This document shows positions 50,628-64,000 of a stretch of 64,000 bases of DNA, in pieces (the stretch's first letter is position 1; each line of letters starts with the position of its first letter). Below the pieces are notes generated by a model. That model did not search any database and was not told the origin of the DNA. It worked only from the letters and a program-made list of their open reading frames with translations. The stretch lies in the NCBI RefSeq assembly GCF_001194135.2, contig NC_068981.1, positions 66,387,883-66,451,882 on the forward strand, given 5' to 3'. Source of the stretch: Octopus bimaculoides. Taxonomy: Eukaryota. Both the position numbers and the translations under genes were made by a program.

Positions 50628-53600
50628 TAGTTTGAGTGACAATACTTTTTGGCACTAAGGCAGTCAACACACACACACACACACATACATACATACATAC
50701 ATACAGAGTGAGGGGGAGAGAGATTACAATTTATTGAGCACGATTGACACTTTCCTATTCCTCATACACATATGTAGAAACAAACAGAAAGAGACAAAAA
50801 GATAGGGAAGGTCAGAATCAAATCAGGGATGCCAAATAGATAGCACCAAAACAGTTGTACCAAAAAGACTCATACCCATGAGTCCATATCATGGTCAGTG
50901 GCTCTGTCTGTTATCATATTTGTAATGAATTGCACTATCTATGTTTCAAAATAACTTTGAAAATAGTTAAGAATTTGGAGACATTTTCATTATTAAGCTG
51001 GTGTTTGTAAACATAACGTAACAAAACAATTCTTACATGAAGTTATAATGGAAGATTTTAATAAAAACAGAAAACTTTGTTTAACAGAATGAGAAGGCCT
51101 CAAATATATTGGTATCAAAAGAGTCAACTATGGTCATTATACCTAAATAAAGTAGTCTTTTAAAATCAAAAAGGGTGAGTTCCAATTCAAACTATCTTAT
51201 CTGAATTTTCCTTAGTTTTAAATTTCTTACTCATAATACAAAAATTAAAATTTTTAACAAGAGAGTAAAATTCAAAAAGTATAACTCTCAAACTTGAATC
51301 AATTATTTTTACTATAGACACAAAACTTTATTTATTTATTTATTTATTTTTTTGTGGTGGAGAAGTGGGGCAGTCAGTTATATTGACTCCAGTGCTCAAC
51401 AGGTACTTATTTTATCAATTCTGAAAGGATGAATGGCAAAGTTGTCCTTGGCAAAATTTGAACTCAGAATGCAAGGCCAGAATGTAATGGTACTAAGCAT
51501 TTTGTCCAGCATGATTATGATTCTGCCAGCTTGCTACCTTTCAAACTTGAATAATAATTTTAAAAATTTCAAACATAAATTTCAGTTTTAGTTCTTTGAA
51601 ATTCATCCCACCTATACAAACATATATACATGCACTGCCACAACTAGCACACATACAAATACCTTAAGCAGGCAAATACATCTATTGTATTAATTTGAAA
51701 TTTAGAAAGAATTGGGTTGGAATGAACCAAAATAAAGAAAGTTCTTGATTGAGTAAGAAGACTGGATGAAATTGAGACAAGCAAGCCCTACTGGGTATGG
51801 ATCTTAGCATGTAGAGACAAGAGTGCACTGCTTAGTTGAGAAGGGGATAACAAAAAAAAAGTATCAAGGTATTAGTTGTAATACACAAGAAAGAAACCTG
51901 TGCTGGGATAGACACATGATGTGTAAGAAAGATGAAAGCAAAGAAGTGCCAAACAAATCCAAGTGGAAGGAGCTTGTAGAAGAGGAAGACTAAGAAAGGT
52001 ATGAGAAAAAGTCATGAAGACTGATATTAGGATGCTGAACTTCACAAAAGAGATGACAAGGAACTGCAAACAGTGGTAAGATGCTATGCTAGTGGTAAGA
52101 TTGCTATGCAATTGTGAAAAAACATAAAATGGTGATTCTAATGACATATAAAACATATCAATAAAAGCACAGCAGGAAGAACTGCAGCTGAACTCCGATG
52201 ACCATTGTTTTCCAATATCAATTACTAAGCATGGAAACATGAACATTAAAATGATGATCACAATGATGATGGTGAAGGCATTAGCTACTATTCAGAAAGG
52301 ATTGCTGCAAAATTCTATTAGAGTAATTAGTAGCTTGTGTATTTTTGATGGTTTATTGTTATCAGCATTTCCCCTTACCACAGCCATGCTGTCTGATAGT
52401 TGACGAAATGGCATTCCTCCAAGACCAATATTAAGGAGGTGATCATATGTTATGGAATAATTGCAAAAATATAAATGAAAATTACTATATTATAAAGAGT
52501 GCTTGGTAAGATTGCCAGAAAGACTGCACATAATTTTTCTGGCATTGTTGTTCATCTAACTTTTGGTGACTTAAATGTTGTTGGTAACCCATAACTTATC
52601 TCATATATATTTTCTCCATAAATTTTTGTTGTTTAGCCCCAGGTCAGTTCTGACTGAAAAGATCTAAGATCTAAGACATTCCAGTTGGGACAATCTTGTC
52701 TTTTTCCAAGACACTGCACCCATCGTCATTGTCCAACACATCCTTTTCTCAGACAGTGGGGAGTGATTTAAAGGAAATGCAGCATCTATTTCTAGCAACA
52801 CCTTTATTTGTTTATATTGTCAACTACAGACATCTGCTCTGAATTAATGCCAAAGAATACATATATGATATGGCTATTAATACATACATACATTCAGTAC
52901 CCTACAAAGTGTATTCTTTGGGATTGAAGAGATATTCATATTTTACTTATTATACTGACCTGTAAAAGAAAGCAAACCCAACTTGTTGCCCTGACATGGT
53001 TTAAAATCAGAACAAAGAAATCACTATCAGGTGAGATGCAACAAGGTATTTAAGTTAATCTTAATCATCAAATTAATCCTATACCAATAAAGAAAAATTC
53101 TTCAAATATTCTTTAAACCTTCAACCACATTGAAATACTATATTACCTATCTATGATTCCTTCACTAGAAAAAAATCAAATAGGACATTTAAATGAGCAG
53201 AATGTATCTATAATTTATCAAAATTAGAACACTCTCTCAGACAATAAGCCATATGACTCCAGTGACCAAAACTAACACAAAAGCCCTTTAAGAAAGCTTA
53301 TAAAAGGATATATGATTATCAGATTAATCTTAACTTCAGATTTAGTGCAAATAAGTTATTGTATGAATCAAATATAAATGGATTTTAAATATTTTTCTGA
53401 CAGTTTATTTTTATCTATCTTCTTTTTTTTTTTTAATTCTATTTTGTGACCAGATTTAGTCATTTTGATGGTCGAAATCAGCTTGACTAATTCTATTTAA
53501 TTTGGTAGTTATTTCTCCATCCTGATTTCAAACCCTAAGATGACAGCTTTATCTTTCAGCTGTACAGAGAGCTATAGATGCATAGATGCAATTTGTAAAT

Positions 53601-56600
53601 GTCACCTGAGTGCTGAAGAAGGCATTTAAGAGCCATGCTTTGCTCTAGTTTTGAATCAAGCAAATTCCCCCACTGAGTGGCATGCTAGTCAACCTCGAGT
53701 AATAATTCAATACAATCTGCTGCTAAATTCTAGCAATTCAAATAAGTATCAGCAACATAGTAGAAACAGACTGACTACAAACCTTGACAAAAATTTATCT
53801 TGTATGAGGTCTAAAAACAAATATAATTCCCTACTTGTAGCCAGTGTTTGTAACAAAAGGTTCAAAACTGAAATGCAAACTTAGACAAGGTAAAGTGTGG
53901 CATCAGATATGAGGGAAACATGCTGTATACAATGTGCAGTATGTACATTCACCAACTACACCACACAAAAAAAAAGAAAACCAACTTCTTTTGCTCTTTT
54001 TCTTCTTTCCTATGGTAAAGAGACAGGACATAGTTAACATGCACTGGTTTAAACATGTACTGATTTGATTAATGTTGGACAAATGATCATGACAGCGATA
54101 ATGGTGCAACTTAGACTCTCACCATAAAGCAATGAACAAACTATCATAAACCATTATGTCTAGTTTTCCGTTCTCTCTGTCACCTCTGTAACCTTAATGA
54201 TGTACATAAATATATTCATTTATTCTGAGCACGTGCAATAAACAGTATCAGCTTACACTATTTACTGTATAAGTAACTATGTTATTAACAAGAGAAGGGA
54301 AAAAATAGCCAAGGAGTACTGCACAGAAACCTAATTAAGTTATTACACTAATCACTTAGTGTTTATTTTCAATACATACCTACATATATGTCATCTTTGT
54401 GACAGTACTGATAAAAACTATGCTTAAGTAAGGTGTGATAAAATAGGTTTTGAGTTATCACCACATCAAAACCAGGTTACTTCCCACTAGACTGCTCATA
54501 TAATATTTTTAATTCATTTAAATTAATTAAAATGTCAGTGTTGTCTCCATTGCCTTCCTTAATCAAAATTGATCATTAAGTAAATGACTTTTCTTGTTCA
54601 CCATAGGTGTGATTTTAGTCAATTAAAATGACTTGATTCATTATATATTGAGTACTGTCCTCATAATCTTATTCTTGCACATCACCATCATTTTACATCC
54701 ATGTTCCATGCTAGCATAGATTGAGGAGTTCAACAGGATTCAATGGCCCAAGGACTACACTGTGCTCCAATGTCTTCTTTGGCATGGTCTTTATGATTGA
54801 ATGCCCTTTCTAACACTAATCACTTTACAGTGTGTAGTGGATGCTTTTCTTGCGCCACCAGTGCTAGCGAGGTCACCATACAGCTCACAAGACTACGAAA
54901 CACAAGTGGAAGTGGGGTGTACTGCTTTTTTTAGTTGTAGAGGAGCTACATTGCTACACACATTTAGAAGAGAGAGTGAGAATGATTCAGTTGTAACTGC
55001 CTCTACACACTTCAAATATAAACTTTACCAATGAACTACCATTTTATAATATTAGTGACTCGCATAAAGTAATCCAACTCTTTTTTTCTTTAATGTATTC
55101 AGCCTAACGCAGAAGAGTACCTCAAGGATCTCACTGCTGCATTAATTTCCCTATCATAGAAAAGATAGCTCCTTTCATTTACTCCATTCCAGTGCAAAGC
55201 TGCACCAATTATAGAGACACAAATTTAAAAATACTACTGTCTCCATTAAACTTCACTAAAGTAGAAAGACCTAATGACAGCAGCCATAAACACACTTCAA
55301 ATGTATAACTAGTAGATGTTACATATCAGCCATCAGTTTTACAACACAGATAAAAGACAAGGTACTTGCAACTTGTGTTGAAAATGACACATTAAGATCA
55401 ACCATCAGATAGTCTTACATAATACATAATGCATACCAAGTCAATAAAAAAAGAATTAACAAACAAGGATAAATAATAGCAAAAATATATAAAGCAGAAG
55501 TAGACATACTGAAAATGGCTTCATATTTTCTTTGAGAAAACTTAATGCCCTACTAAGAATCAGTAATTCATATAAAACCAATATCTCTGCACTGTGCTCT
55601 GTAGCCAAAGCACTTAAATTTCAATAGCACAGTTCACTCAGCTGCACTATATAATTAACTAATGTTGGTAATAAGAAAACTGCATAACTGATGAGTGTTT
55701 TGTTAGGTCATTTGCTATGTCAAATATTTTTGCAAGTAAAACCTGTAATAGAGTGGTCTCTAAGTGCATAATGAAACCTTCGAGTAATGGTAGTAGGTAA
55801 AGAGAAAAATATAGTCAAAGAAGAAAAAAAAATTTCTTTAAATTCAGTGGAATTTAACTGGGTTATCTGCTCTTAATCATGAGAAGAAAAATTGATCACC
55901 ATAGTTGGGACTCCTTCCAGACACATCATAGGAAGATGTGTCTGGAATTGGATTTCAATTTCTTATTGAAGCCAATTCATTTCATTCACACACACAGTTC
56001 AATGTTTTGAGGAAAAGCATAAGCATCACACTTTTATTGTCTGCTATTAAAAAAATTTGTCTGTTACATAGAGTTACAAAATATGCTGACAAAATGACTA
56101 AACAAATATTTGTCATTTTGCTTCTACCATTCCAGTCAACCAAATGCTAACAAATAAAAATTAGCATTTATATAAATTTCTTTGATTCTGGACTAAAATT
56201 TCTTATTCACCAAGTATTTCAAGTAGGATGGCCATGAACAAAAACTGCCAAATATATTTCACTACTATTTGATCTGTTTAAGATCATGCATCCCAATAAC
56301 ACAGAAATGTCAGCCAAAAGTATTTGATTTACTAGAATTCATTCACAGGCATTACAAATCTGTGAATAGGTTGTATTATCATGACAGAAAACTCATTCCT
56401 GCATTTCTTCATTATAATTCCTTGTCTTCAATGAGATAAATAGGAGGAGATACAAAAAGCTTTTGTTGCATGTAACTTTTAAAATGCTAAAGGCTGCTTG
56501 GTATTTGAAAAGGTAAATTAAATTCTCTCAGAGAAGTATGAAGTGAAATTGAACCATCAGTTAAACGTTAATTAAAAAGACTCACATATTGGGAGGATTG

Positions 56601-57185
56601 TGAAATCTAAGAGTAGCTTGAAGGCAATGTATTTGACAAAACAGTACTATATAGAGTCACATCAGTAGCTTGATATGGTTCAAAGCTATCAAGATTGATT
56701 TTAACTCTTTCCTCACTTCTGTTAAATATACTTTCTACCTTTTATCATTTTACATACATTTTTTTTTTAAATCAAGCTGGCAAAGGCACGATAGGTTCCC
56801 CCTACCAAAATCTGGACAATTCCATATTGATGGAGCAAGTGCCTTTTCCTTTCACAAACTGGTGCCCTTATTTCAGTTAATCACTCAAATGTGAAACAGA
56901 AATAAAAAAAATGTAACTATCCTAAATAAAGGGGGAAAAAATGAGCAAGTGAAAAAAAAAAAAACAAGACAAAAATGAAATATCAAATGACATTGTAACA
57001 CATTTCGTCACAAAGTTCCAATCATGTAGCAATAAATAAGATTATTATCCAAACTCTCAGAAAGTTATGGGCTTCAATCAATGGCACAACAAAAATGATG
57101 GTAACGTTTGGATTCGTCACTATGTGATGTATTGTAGTCATGTGTGTGTGAGAGAAGAAGAAGATAAAAATTAAAGGATACTCAC

Positions 57186-57246
57186 AATTGGTACAAAATA
57201 GTTGTTTTACCAGCATTGTCTAATCCAACAATTATCACCTTGTGCT
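57186..57246 (-). CDS. ARL5: ARL5 coding exon 2 (61 bp): (E)[19 protein letters not shown](F), containing the P-loop
   Basis: Minus strand reads ttttttatcag|AGCACAAGGTG...TACCAATT|gtgagt. G1 motif GLDNAGKT. Phase joins exon 3 (TT|T = Phe). Too short for the ORF track; found by manual reading. Confidence 0.95.
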
Positions 57247-57377
57247 CTGATAAAAAAAAAGGAAATAAATGTATATTTCATTTATTTAAAGAAAACAACT
57301 TGAAAAAACAGAACTCCCATATAAAAAAGTAAAAAGTAAAAGAAAAAAAATGAACTGTTTCTGTCTCTCTATCTTAC

Positions 57378-57611
57378 TGTTTTTCAAGTAAGGGATATCT
57401 TACTTCACACATTACTGAAGACGCAAAGGAAGAAGATGCTTTGTTGACAGAAGTAAAATCGGCAACATTGCTTATAACTTGCAACCTGTTAAACTCACAA
57501 ATGTAACCAAACAAATACACATGTAAACACCCGTATGCACACAGGCATAAATATGCAGGACAGATTTTTTTTTTTTTTTTTCAGTTTTTGTCAACCAAAT
57601 TCACTCATAAG
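57378..57611 (+). repeat. 234-bp segment duplicated almost identically at 59032-59266
   Basis: Base-by-base comparison shows two substitutions (ccgtatg/ccatatg and gtcaac/gttaac) and a poly-T length difference. Confidence 0.9.
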
Positions 57612-58430
57612 CCATCTCCCTCAAAACTACTGATCCAAGTAAGGGATCTTGTCTTGTGACTTACTCGGTGACCTCACTAGTGCTAGTGCCATGTAGGAAG
57701 CACCCAGTACACTTTGTGAAGTGGTTGGTGTTAAGGAAGGTATGTAGAAATCATGCCAAAGCAGGCAATGGAGCTTGATGCAGCCTTCTAGCTTGCCAGC
57801 TCCTGTTGAATTGTCCAGCCCATGCTAGCATTGAAAAAAAAAAAAAAATGATGGTGATGATAAACAGAATGCTAATATAAGAAAAAGTTTCATAATTTGT
57901 TTTGATTTAGTAGTCTTTGAGGAAAGTGGTGTCATTGAAACAAAAAGGGGATATGGTTATAGCTGGAATGTCTTTGACCATAGGTCCACTCAAGGCTAGT
58001 TTGTGGCTAAACAGCAGCCACAGAGAGGTTTCTATGTGGTCACTCAACCTACTAAAAATGTCACACAAATTACATCCTCATGTTTAAAAATAAAAGAATG
58101 CAGTGGATGATACTGATGCAATTTCAAAATTATGACAGGAAGGTCATGGGCGGAATACTTTCAATCATAGGTATGCTCTAACAGCACTGCAATCAACCAA
58201 AGATGAAACAATAAAAATAAAAAATTTTTAAAACAATGATTGAATACAGAACAATTTATTCAGTGGAATCTATCTATTTTGGGCTAAAAAAACAAACAAA
58301 CAAACAAACTATTTCTTCAAAATTTTCAAAGCCCAGAGGGACAAAACATTCCAAGTGACACTTTTCTACATAAACAATTTGTTTTCTAAGTATCAAGAGT
58401 TTTCTTTCTTTTATTTGTACTAGCCATTAA

Positions 58431-58654
58431 TCCTTTAGCATTCACATTATTTTGTCAAAAGTAATGGTTATTTATTCACATCGTTCTGAATTAAGCGTTC
58501 TGAATTATCGTGTAGCTTCAAGATTTTGATGATGAAATAGTTCATTTTTAGAATCATATTGTAAAGTAGGTGTGAGGGGCCAAATCTGGCCAGTTTGAGC
58601 ATAAAACAGGCAGAATATTTTGGCTGGGTATGGCTGATTTTATAGGCTAATGGG
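58431..58654 (-). mobile_element. Same TTAA MITE family, opposite orientation
   Basis: TTAA-tcctttagcattc left end. Reverse complement of the internal motifs (ttagaatcatattgtaaagtaggtgtgag, tctggccagtttgagcat). Degenerate right end. Confidence 0.65.
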
Positions 58655-59031
58655 TCAAAGCGCTACTACAGTTGTGTGCATGCAGCATTTAAAGAAACAT
58701 ACCATCTTCAAGTATTGTCGTTCATTCATATATAATATGCATTCATGTAATAATATGCATCATTAATCTAAAGGTAATGAAATGGACAAAAATTGGCAAA
58801 AAATATACTGTGCGTATGATATTGACTTCTTTTTTTGGAGGGAGTTGGGGAATCTTTGAGGAAAGTGGTGTCATTAAAAATAAATTGGCAATAGTGGATA
58901 ATGTAAAAACTCCTGATTTCATTCATTTTTACATTCATTTTTCCATGCTGGCATGGATTAGTCAAATACACTATCAAGTTTAGTTAAATACATTATCAAC
59001 CAGATTCCCTTCCTTGTTTCAAAACTTAATT

Positions 59032-59266
59032 TGTTTTTCAAGTAAGGGATATCTTACTTCACACATTACTGAAGACGCAAAGGAAGAAGATGCTTTGTTG
59101 ACAGAAGTAAAATCGGCAACATTGCTTATAACTTGCAACCTGTTAAACTCACAAATGTAACCAAACAAATACACATGTAAACACCCATATGCACACAGGC
59201 ATAAATATGCAGGACAGATTTTTTTTTTTTTTTTTTCAGTTTTTGTTAACCAAATTCACTCATAAG
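59032..59266 (+). repeat. Second copy of the 57378-57611 duplication
   Basis: See 57378-57611. Flanking sequences are unrelated. Confidence 0.9.
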
Positions 59267-60502
59267 GCTTTGAATTATCTAGATAAGTGAATATTTCAAA
59301 ATAGGTGAATCATGCATATTTTTTTTTTTTAACTCTTCAGTTTTCAAAGTTTTGAACTTCAGGTATTCCATGTTATACATATTTACATCTTGTAATATAT
59401 ATCTAGTTGTTTTGATCTTGTTTATTTCTTGTTGTTGGACAAACATAATTGCCATTCATAAATTTCCCTCTTGAAAAACTATCAAATGAATAATTGTATT
59501 TTTGTTTGTTTTCCTTAAACAATGACATTTGGACTTTATCAGTGTTGGCTGAAAAAGTGCACCTGTTGTATGAATCAATACACAATTGGTTTATATCATT
59601 TATTTATTTATTCATTCATTCATTCATTCAAGAAAATCAATATGATCTTCATAATCATATTGAATATACTCAATTTAACTAGAATCTGTCACAGGAGATT
59701 TTTAAGCCAAAATTCTTGAAAATCTCTCAAACTATTTTTTTTTATTAGACATTTCTGAATTATTGTTTTGAATAGTACACATTTAAAAGCCAGTATTTTT
59801 TCTTTTTTTCTTCTGTCATTTAAAAAAATACTTTATGTAATATATATAATTTAAAATAAACACCCAAGAAAGTGACAAAAAAAATGTGCTAACAAAAACT
59901 ATCTCTCTGTTCAAATAATTGAAGATTTACATATATAAGTTATATGTGAATAGAAATGTTACTTGCATGGTTATTAGAACAAAAATATAACTATCTGTGG
60001 ATACAAATAAATATATTATATAAAAGTTCCCATGCTTTAGTAGGGTTGAGTTTGAGATTAGTAAACAAAAATGAACCAACATTATGTGAGCAAATTGATA
60101 GCGATGATTGACGATAGACTGTTTCCAATAATTCTATGGGTTCATGAAATTACTATGTCTGTTCATACACCTTTATGTCTTTTTGCCCATGTTAGCATAG
60201 GCTAAGAAAAAAAAAAAAAAAAATTCTGGAGACATTTTTACAGCCATATTCCCTTTGTGTAATTAATCCTTACCTGTTTTTCAAGTAAGGGACTTTTTAT
60301 TCCACAAGATTTTGAAAGTGCTGAGCAAACAGAAAATTTGTTGACATGGTGAAGTTTAACAACAAACTTCATTTGAGGGAGGGTGCTAATATTCAGAACA
60401 AACATTTGCTGACTGTAAACAAAACCATTTGTACTACTTGATCAGCAAGAAACTGCAGAACCTTCATCTGTCATCTACTATTGGAGAGTCCATATATATA
60501 TA

Positions 60503-61051
60503 NNNNNNNNNNNNNNNNNNNNNNNNNNNNNNNNNNNNNNNNNNNNNNNNNNNNNNNNNNNNNNNNNNNNNNNNNNNNNNNNNNNNNNNNNNNNNNNNNN
60601 NNNNNNNNNNNNNNNNNNNNNNNNNNNNNNNNNNNNNNNNNNNNNNNNNNNNNNNNNNNNNNNNNNNNNNNNNNNNNNNNNNNNNNNNNNNNNNNNNNNN
60701 NNNNNNNNNNNNNNNNNNNNNNNNNNNNNNNNNNNNNNNNNNNNNNNNNNNNNNNNNNNNNNNNNNNNNNNNNNNNNNNNNNNNNNNNNNNNNNNNNNNN
60801 NNNNNNNNNNNNNNNNNNNNNNNNNNNNNNNNNNNNNNNNNNNNNNNNNNNNNNNNNNNNNNNNNNNNNNNNNNNNNNNNNNNNNNNNNNNNNNNNNNNN
60901 NNNNNNNNNNNNNNNNNNNNNNNNNNNNNNNNNNNNNNNNNNNNNNNNNNNNNNNNNNNNNNNNNNNNNNNNNNNNNNNNNNNNNNNNNNNNNNNNNNNN
61001 NNNNNNNNNNNNNNNNNNNNNNNNNNNNNNNNNNNNNNNNNNNNNNNNNNN
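60503..61051. other. Assembly gap (549 N) flanked by (TA)n
   Basis: Run of n between two TA tracts. Confidence 1.
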
Positions 61052-61764
61052 ATATATATATATATATATATATGTATACACACACACACACACACACACA
61101 AGTACATATGCATATATCATCATTTTAACATTCACTTTACCATGCTTGCTTGGGTTGCACAAAGTTTATTAAGGCATGTTTTCTAAGGCTGGATGTGCCT
61201 CCTGTCATAACATTCACCTGTTTCCAAGCAAAGAAATATTTCTTCAAGTCAGACATGTTGTCTTAGCAATATATTGGAAATGAATGATAATGTTTGCATG
61301 ACACTCGTTTACAGCTATCACTTGATGTCAAAACAAGGAGGCACAAATACAAACACACATACACTCACATACATGAAGGGCTTCTTTCAGTTTCCATCTG
61401 ATCAAACTTACTCCAAAGACATTGGTTGACCTGAGAATATAGAAGATGCTTGTGCAAAGTACCATGCAGTGAGACTGAACCTGACTTCATGTGGTTAAGA
61501 AGCAAACCTCTTAACCACACTATACACGTGCCTATATAATCACACTATGTGTGTATATGTGAGTAAATATGTGTGAATGTATGTATGAAATGCGTTGTGC
61601 ATATACATACATAATGCATGTCTGTGCGTTTGTATATATAAGTGTGGCTGTGTGGTAAGAAGCTTGCTTCACAATCACATAATTCCAGGTTCAGTCCCAC
61701 TGCATGGCACCTTGGGCAAACTAAAGCCTTGTAAGTAGATTTGAGAGTTGGAAATTGAAACCTC

Positions 61765-61811
<47 letters not shown>

Positions 61812-61812
61812 C

Positions 61813-62521
61813 NNNNNNNNNNNNNNNNNNNNNNNNNNNNNNNNNNNNNNNNNNNNNNNNNNNNNNNNNNNNNNNNNNNNNNNNNNNNNNNNNNNNNNNN
61901 NNNNNNNNNNNNNNNNNNNNNNNNNNNNNNNNNNNNNNNNNNNNNNNNNNNNNNNNNNNNNNNNNNNNNNNNNNNNNNNNNNNNNNNNNNNNNNNNNNNN
62001 NNNNNNNNNNNNNNNNNNNNNNNNNNNNNNNNNNNNNNNNNNNNNNNNNNNNNNNNNNNNNNNNNNNNNNNNNNNNNNNNNNNNNNNNNNNNNNNNNNNN
62101 NNNNNNNNNNNNNNNNNNNNNNNNNNNNNNNNNNNNNNNNNNNNNNNNNNNNNNNNNNNNNNNNNNNNNNNNNNNNNNNNNNNNNNNNNNNNNNNNNNNN
62201 NNNNNNNNNNNNNNNNNNNNNNNNNNNNNNNNNNNNNNNNNNNNNNNNNNNNNNNNNNNNNNNNNNNNNNNNNNNNNNNNNNNNNNNNNNNNNNNNNNNN
62301 NNNNNNNNNNNNNNNNNNNNNNNNNNNNNNNNNNNNNNNNNNNNNNNNNNNNNNNNNNNNNNNNNNNNNNNNNNNNNNNNNNNNNNNNNNNNNNNNNNNN
62401 NNNNNNNNNNNNNNNNNNNNNNNNNNNNNNNNNNNNNNNNNNNNNNNNNNNNNNNNNNNNNNNNNNNNNNNNNNNNNNNNNNNNNNNNNNNNNNNNNNNN
62501 NNNNNNNNNNNNNNNNNNNNN
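61813..62521. other. Assembly gap (709 N)
   Basis: Run of n between a (TA)n tract and an RTE 3' tail; it probably hides more of the RTE copy. Confidence 1.
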
Positions 62522-62750
62522 GGCACATAAAAGACACCATTTCGAGCGTGGCCGTTTTCGTGCGGGTGACACGTAAAAGCACCCACTACACTCTCTGAGT
62601 GGTTGGCGTTAGGAAGGGCATCCAGCTGTGGAAACTCTGCCAAATTAGACTGGAGCCTGGTGTTGCCATCCGGTTTCACCAGTCCTCAGTCAAATCGTCC
62701 AACCCATGCTAGCATGGAAAGCGGACGTTGAACGATGATGATGATGATGA
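62522..62750 (+). mobile_element. RTE 3' tail copy next to an assembly gap
   Basis: High similarity to 7830-8079, including cacgtaaaagcacccactacactct and the (GAT)n tail. Confidence 0.8.
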
Positions 62751-63825
62751 TATATATATATACATATACGTGTGTGTGTCTTTGTGACTGTGTTTGTCCA
62801 CCACTTCACAACTGGTGTTGATGTGTTTATATCCCTGTAACTTAGCAGTTCAGCAAAGTAAATACCAGGTTTAACAAAAATAGGTCCTGGGGTCAATTCA
62901 TTTGACTAAAAAAAAATTCTTCATGGTGGTGCCCCAGCGTGGCCGCAGTCTAATGACTGATACAAGTAAAAGATAAAAGAAAAAAGGTTTTTGTTTGTGT
63001 GTGTGCGCGCGCGCGCACACATGTGTTTTATGAAAGCCACAAAACTAGAAGTTAGAAACAGGAGAGTGAGAACAGAAACCAGATGGGAACAACAGTTTGT
63101 ATTTTTGTTTTGTATCTCAATATTTCAGATTTTAAAATCCTTTATTAGAAGAAAATGGAGGACAGGCTTAGTAACTGTAGACATTCTAGGATGAGGATAA
63201 TGTATGGAGAGGGTAGGGTAAGTGAGATGGTGTGCTACATGTGCAATCTAAAATGGTGGGAGTGAGCAAACTGTTGTTCTGCTTTTCATTTGTTTTCACT
63301 CCTCTGTTTCCAACTTGCATTGGGTAGCTTTCTAAAAGAATTTTAGAATTTTTTCACAGCTATGCTATTCTATTTCTTTAACTTATGTAAAGAGAAACCT
63401 CAGATGGCTACGGCAATGTAGGAATGCTGCCTTCAGATACAAATGTCTTTCTTTTTATTTTGCTGTGAATTTTAAACTATTTTTCTTCAATTTTTCCTAT
63501 GTGAATTTTAATAATATACATTAAAAAAAAAAAGAAAAAGCAAGCCATTATATATTTTTTTTTAATCGACTTTGTCATACCTTCATTTTTATAAGCGTGA
63601 TGGAACCGGTAATCAAACAAAATGCTTTGCAGTATTTATATTAAGCTAAGGCTTTTCATGTCCTGCCTTTTCATGTCCCAAATTTTGGTATGGTCAACTT
63701 CACTTCTCACAAAATTTAAGGCCTTGTGCATTTGTTAGAAATAATTATTACAGGTTTCTCTTATTCTTCATCCCTTGCCTTCTGTCCAACCTGTTCTTTC
63801 TTTACCTTTATTTCAAAAACATTTC

Positions 63826-63870
<45 letters not shown>

Positions 63871-64000
63871 ATTTTCTAGGCTTTGTCCTGTTTGAGTGAA
63901 ATGGTGATTATATCAGCATGACTGATAACTCTGCACTTTCAAAAGAACCAAAGGATAAAGAAAATCCTTTACTTAATAAAGCAGGTAAGGATTGGCAACA

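Noticed and set aside
57060-57135. Box C/D snoRNA-like motifs (GTGACGA ... CTGA) on the minus strand just inside ARL5 intron 2
   Set aside because: Non-consensus C box, no terminal stem and no rRNA/snRNA guide I could confirm. A snoscan run would be needed.

Overview
AT-rich, microsatellite- and transposon-dense animal genomic DNA with four N gaps. The SINE/RTE repertoire and (TA)n/(CA)n/(GA)n density look like an octopus (coleoid cephalopod) scaffold; that assignment is an inference from recalled repeat families. One host gene is supported: an ARL5 (ARF-like GTPase 5) orthologue on the minus strand. Five coding exons were read by hand (57186-57246, 30548-30695, 28736-28819, 23689-23840, 19164-19212). 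All have canonical AG/GT sites, join in frame and total 494 bp. The short first coding exon was not found and probably lies beyond 64000 or in a gap. Everything else recognisable is mobile DNA: a decayed endonuclease-carrying Helitron (Helentron; Pif1 helicase plus APE-type endonuclease) followed by a tiny element with Helentron-type termini, a LINE ORF1-like remnant with a CCHC knuckle, a full-length and a partial DD37D (maT) element, three mariner remnants, RTE and CR1-like LINE fragments, TTAA-flanked MITEs, a hAT-like MITE, a foldback-like element and several tRNA-derived SINE families. I found no clearly new biological system. The best leads are the Helentron locus with its termini (possible horizontal transfer), the foldback element, and a near-identical 234-bp local duplication. 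Exon and TIR coordinates were counted exactly; SINE and LINE fragment boundaries are approximate (tens of bp).
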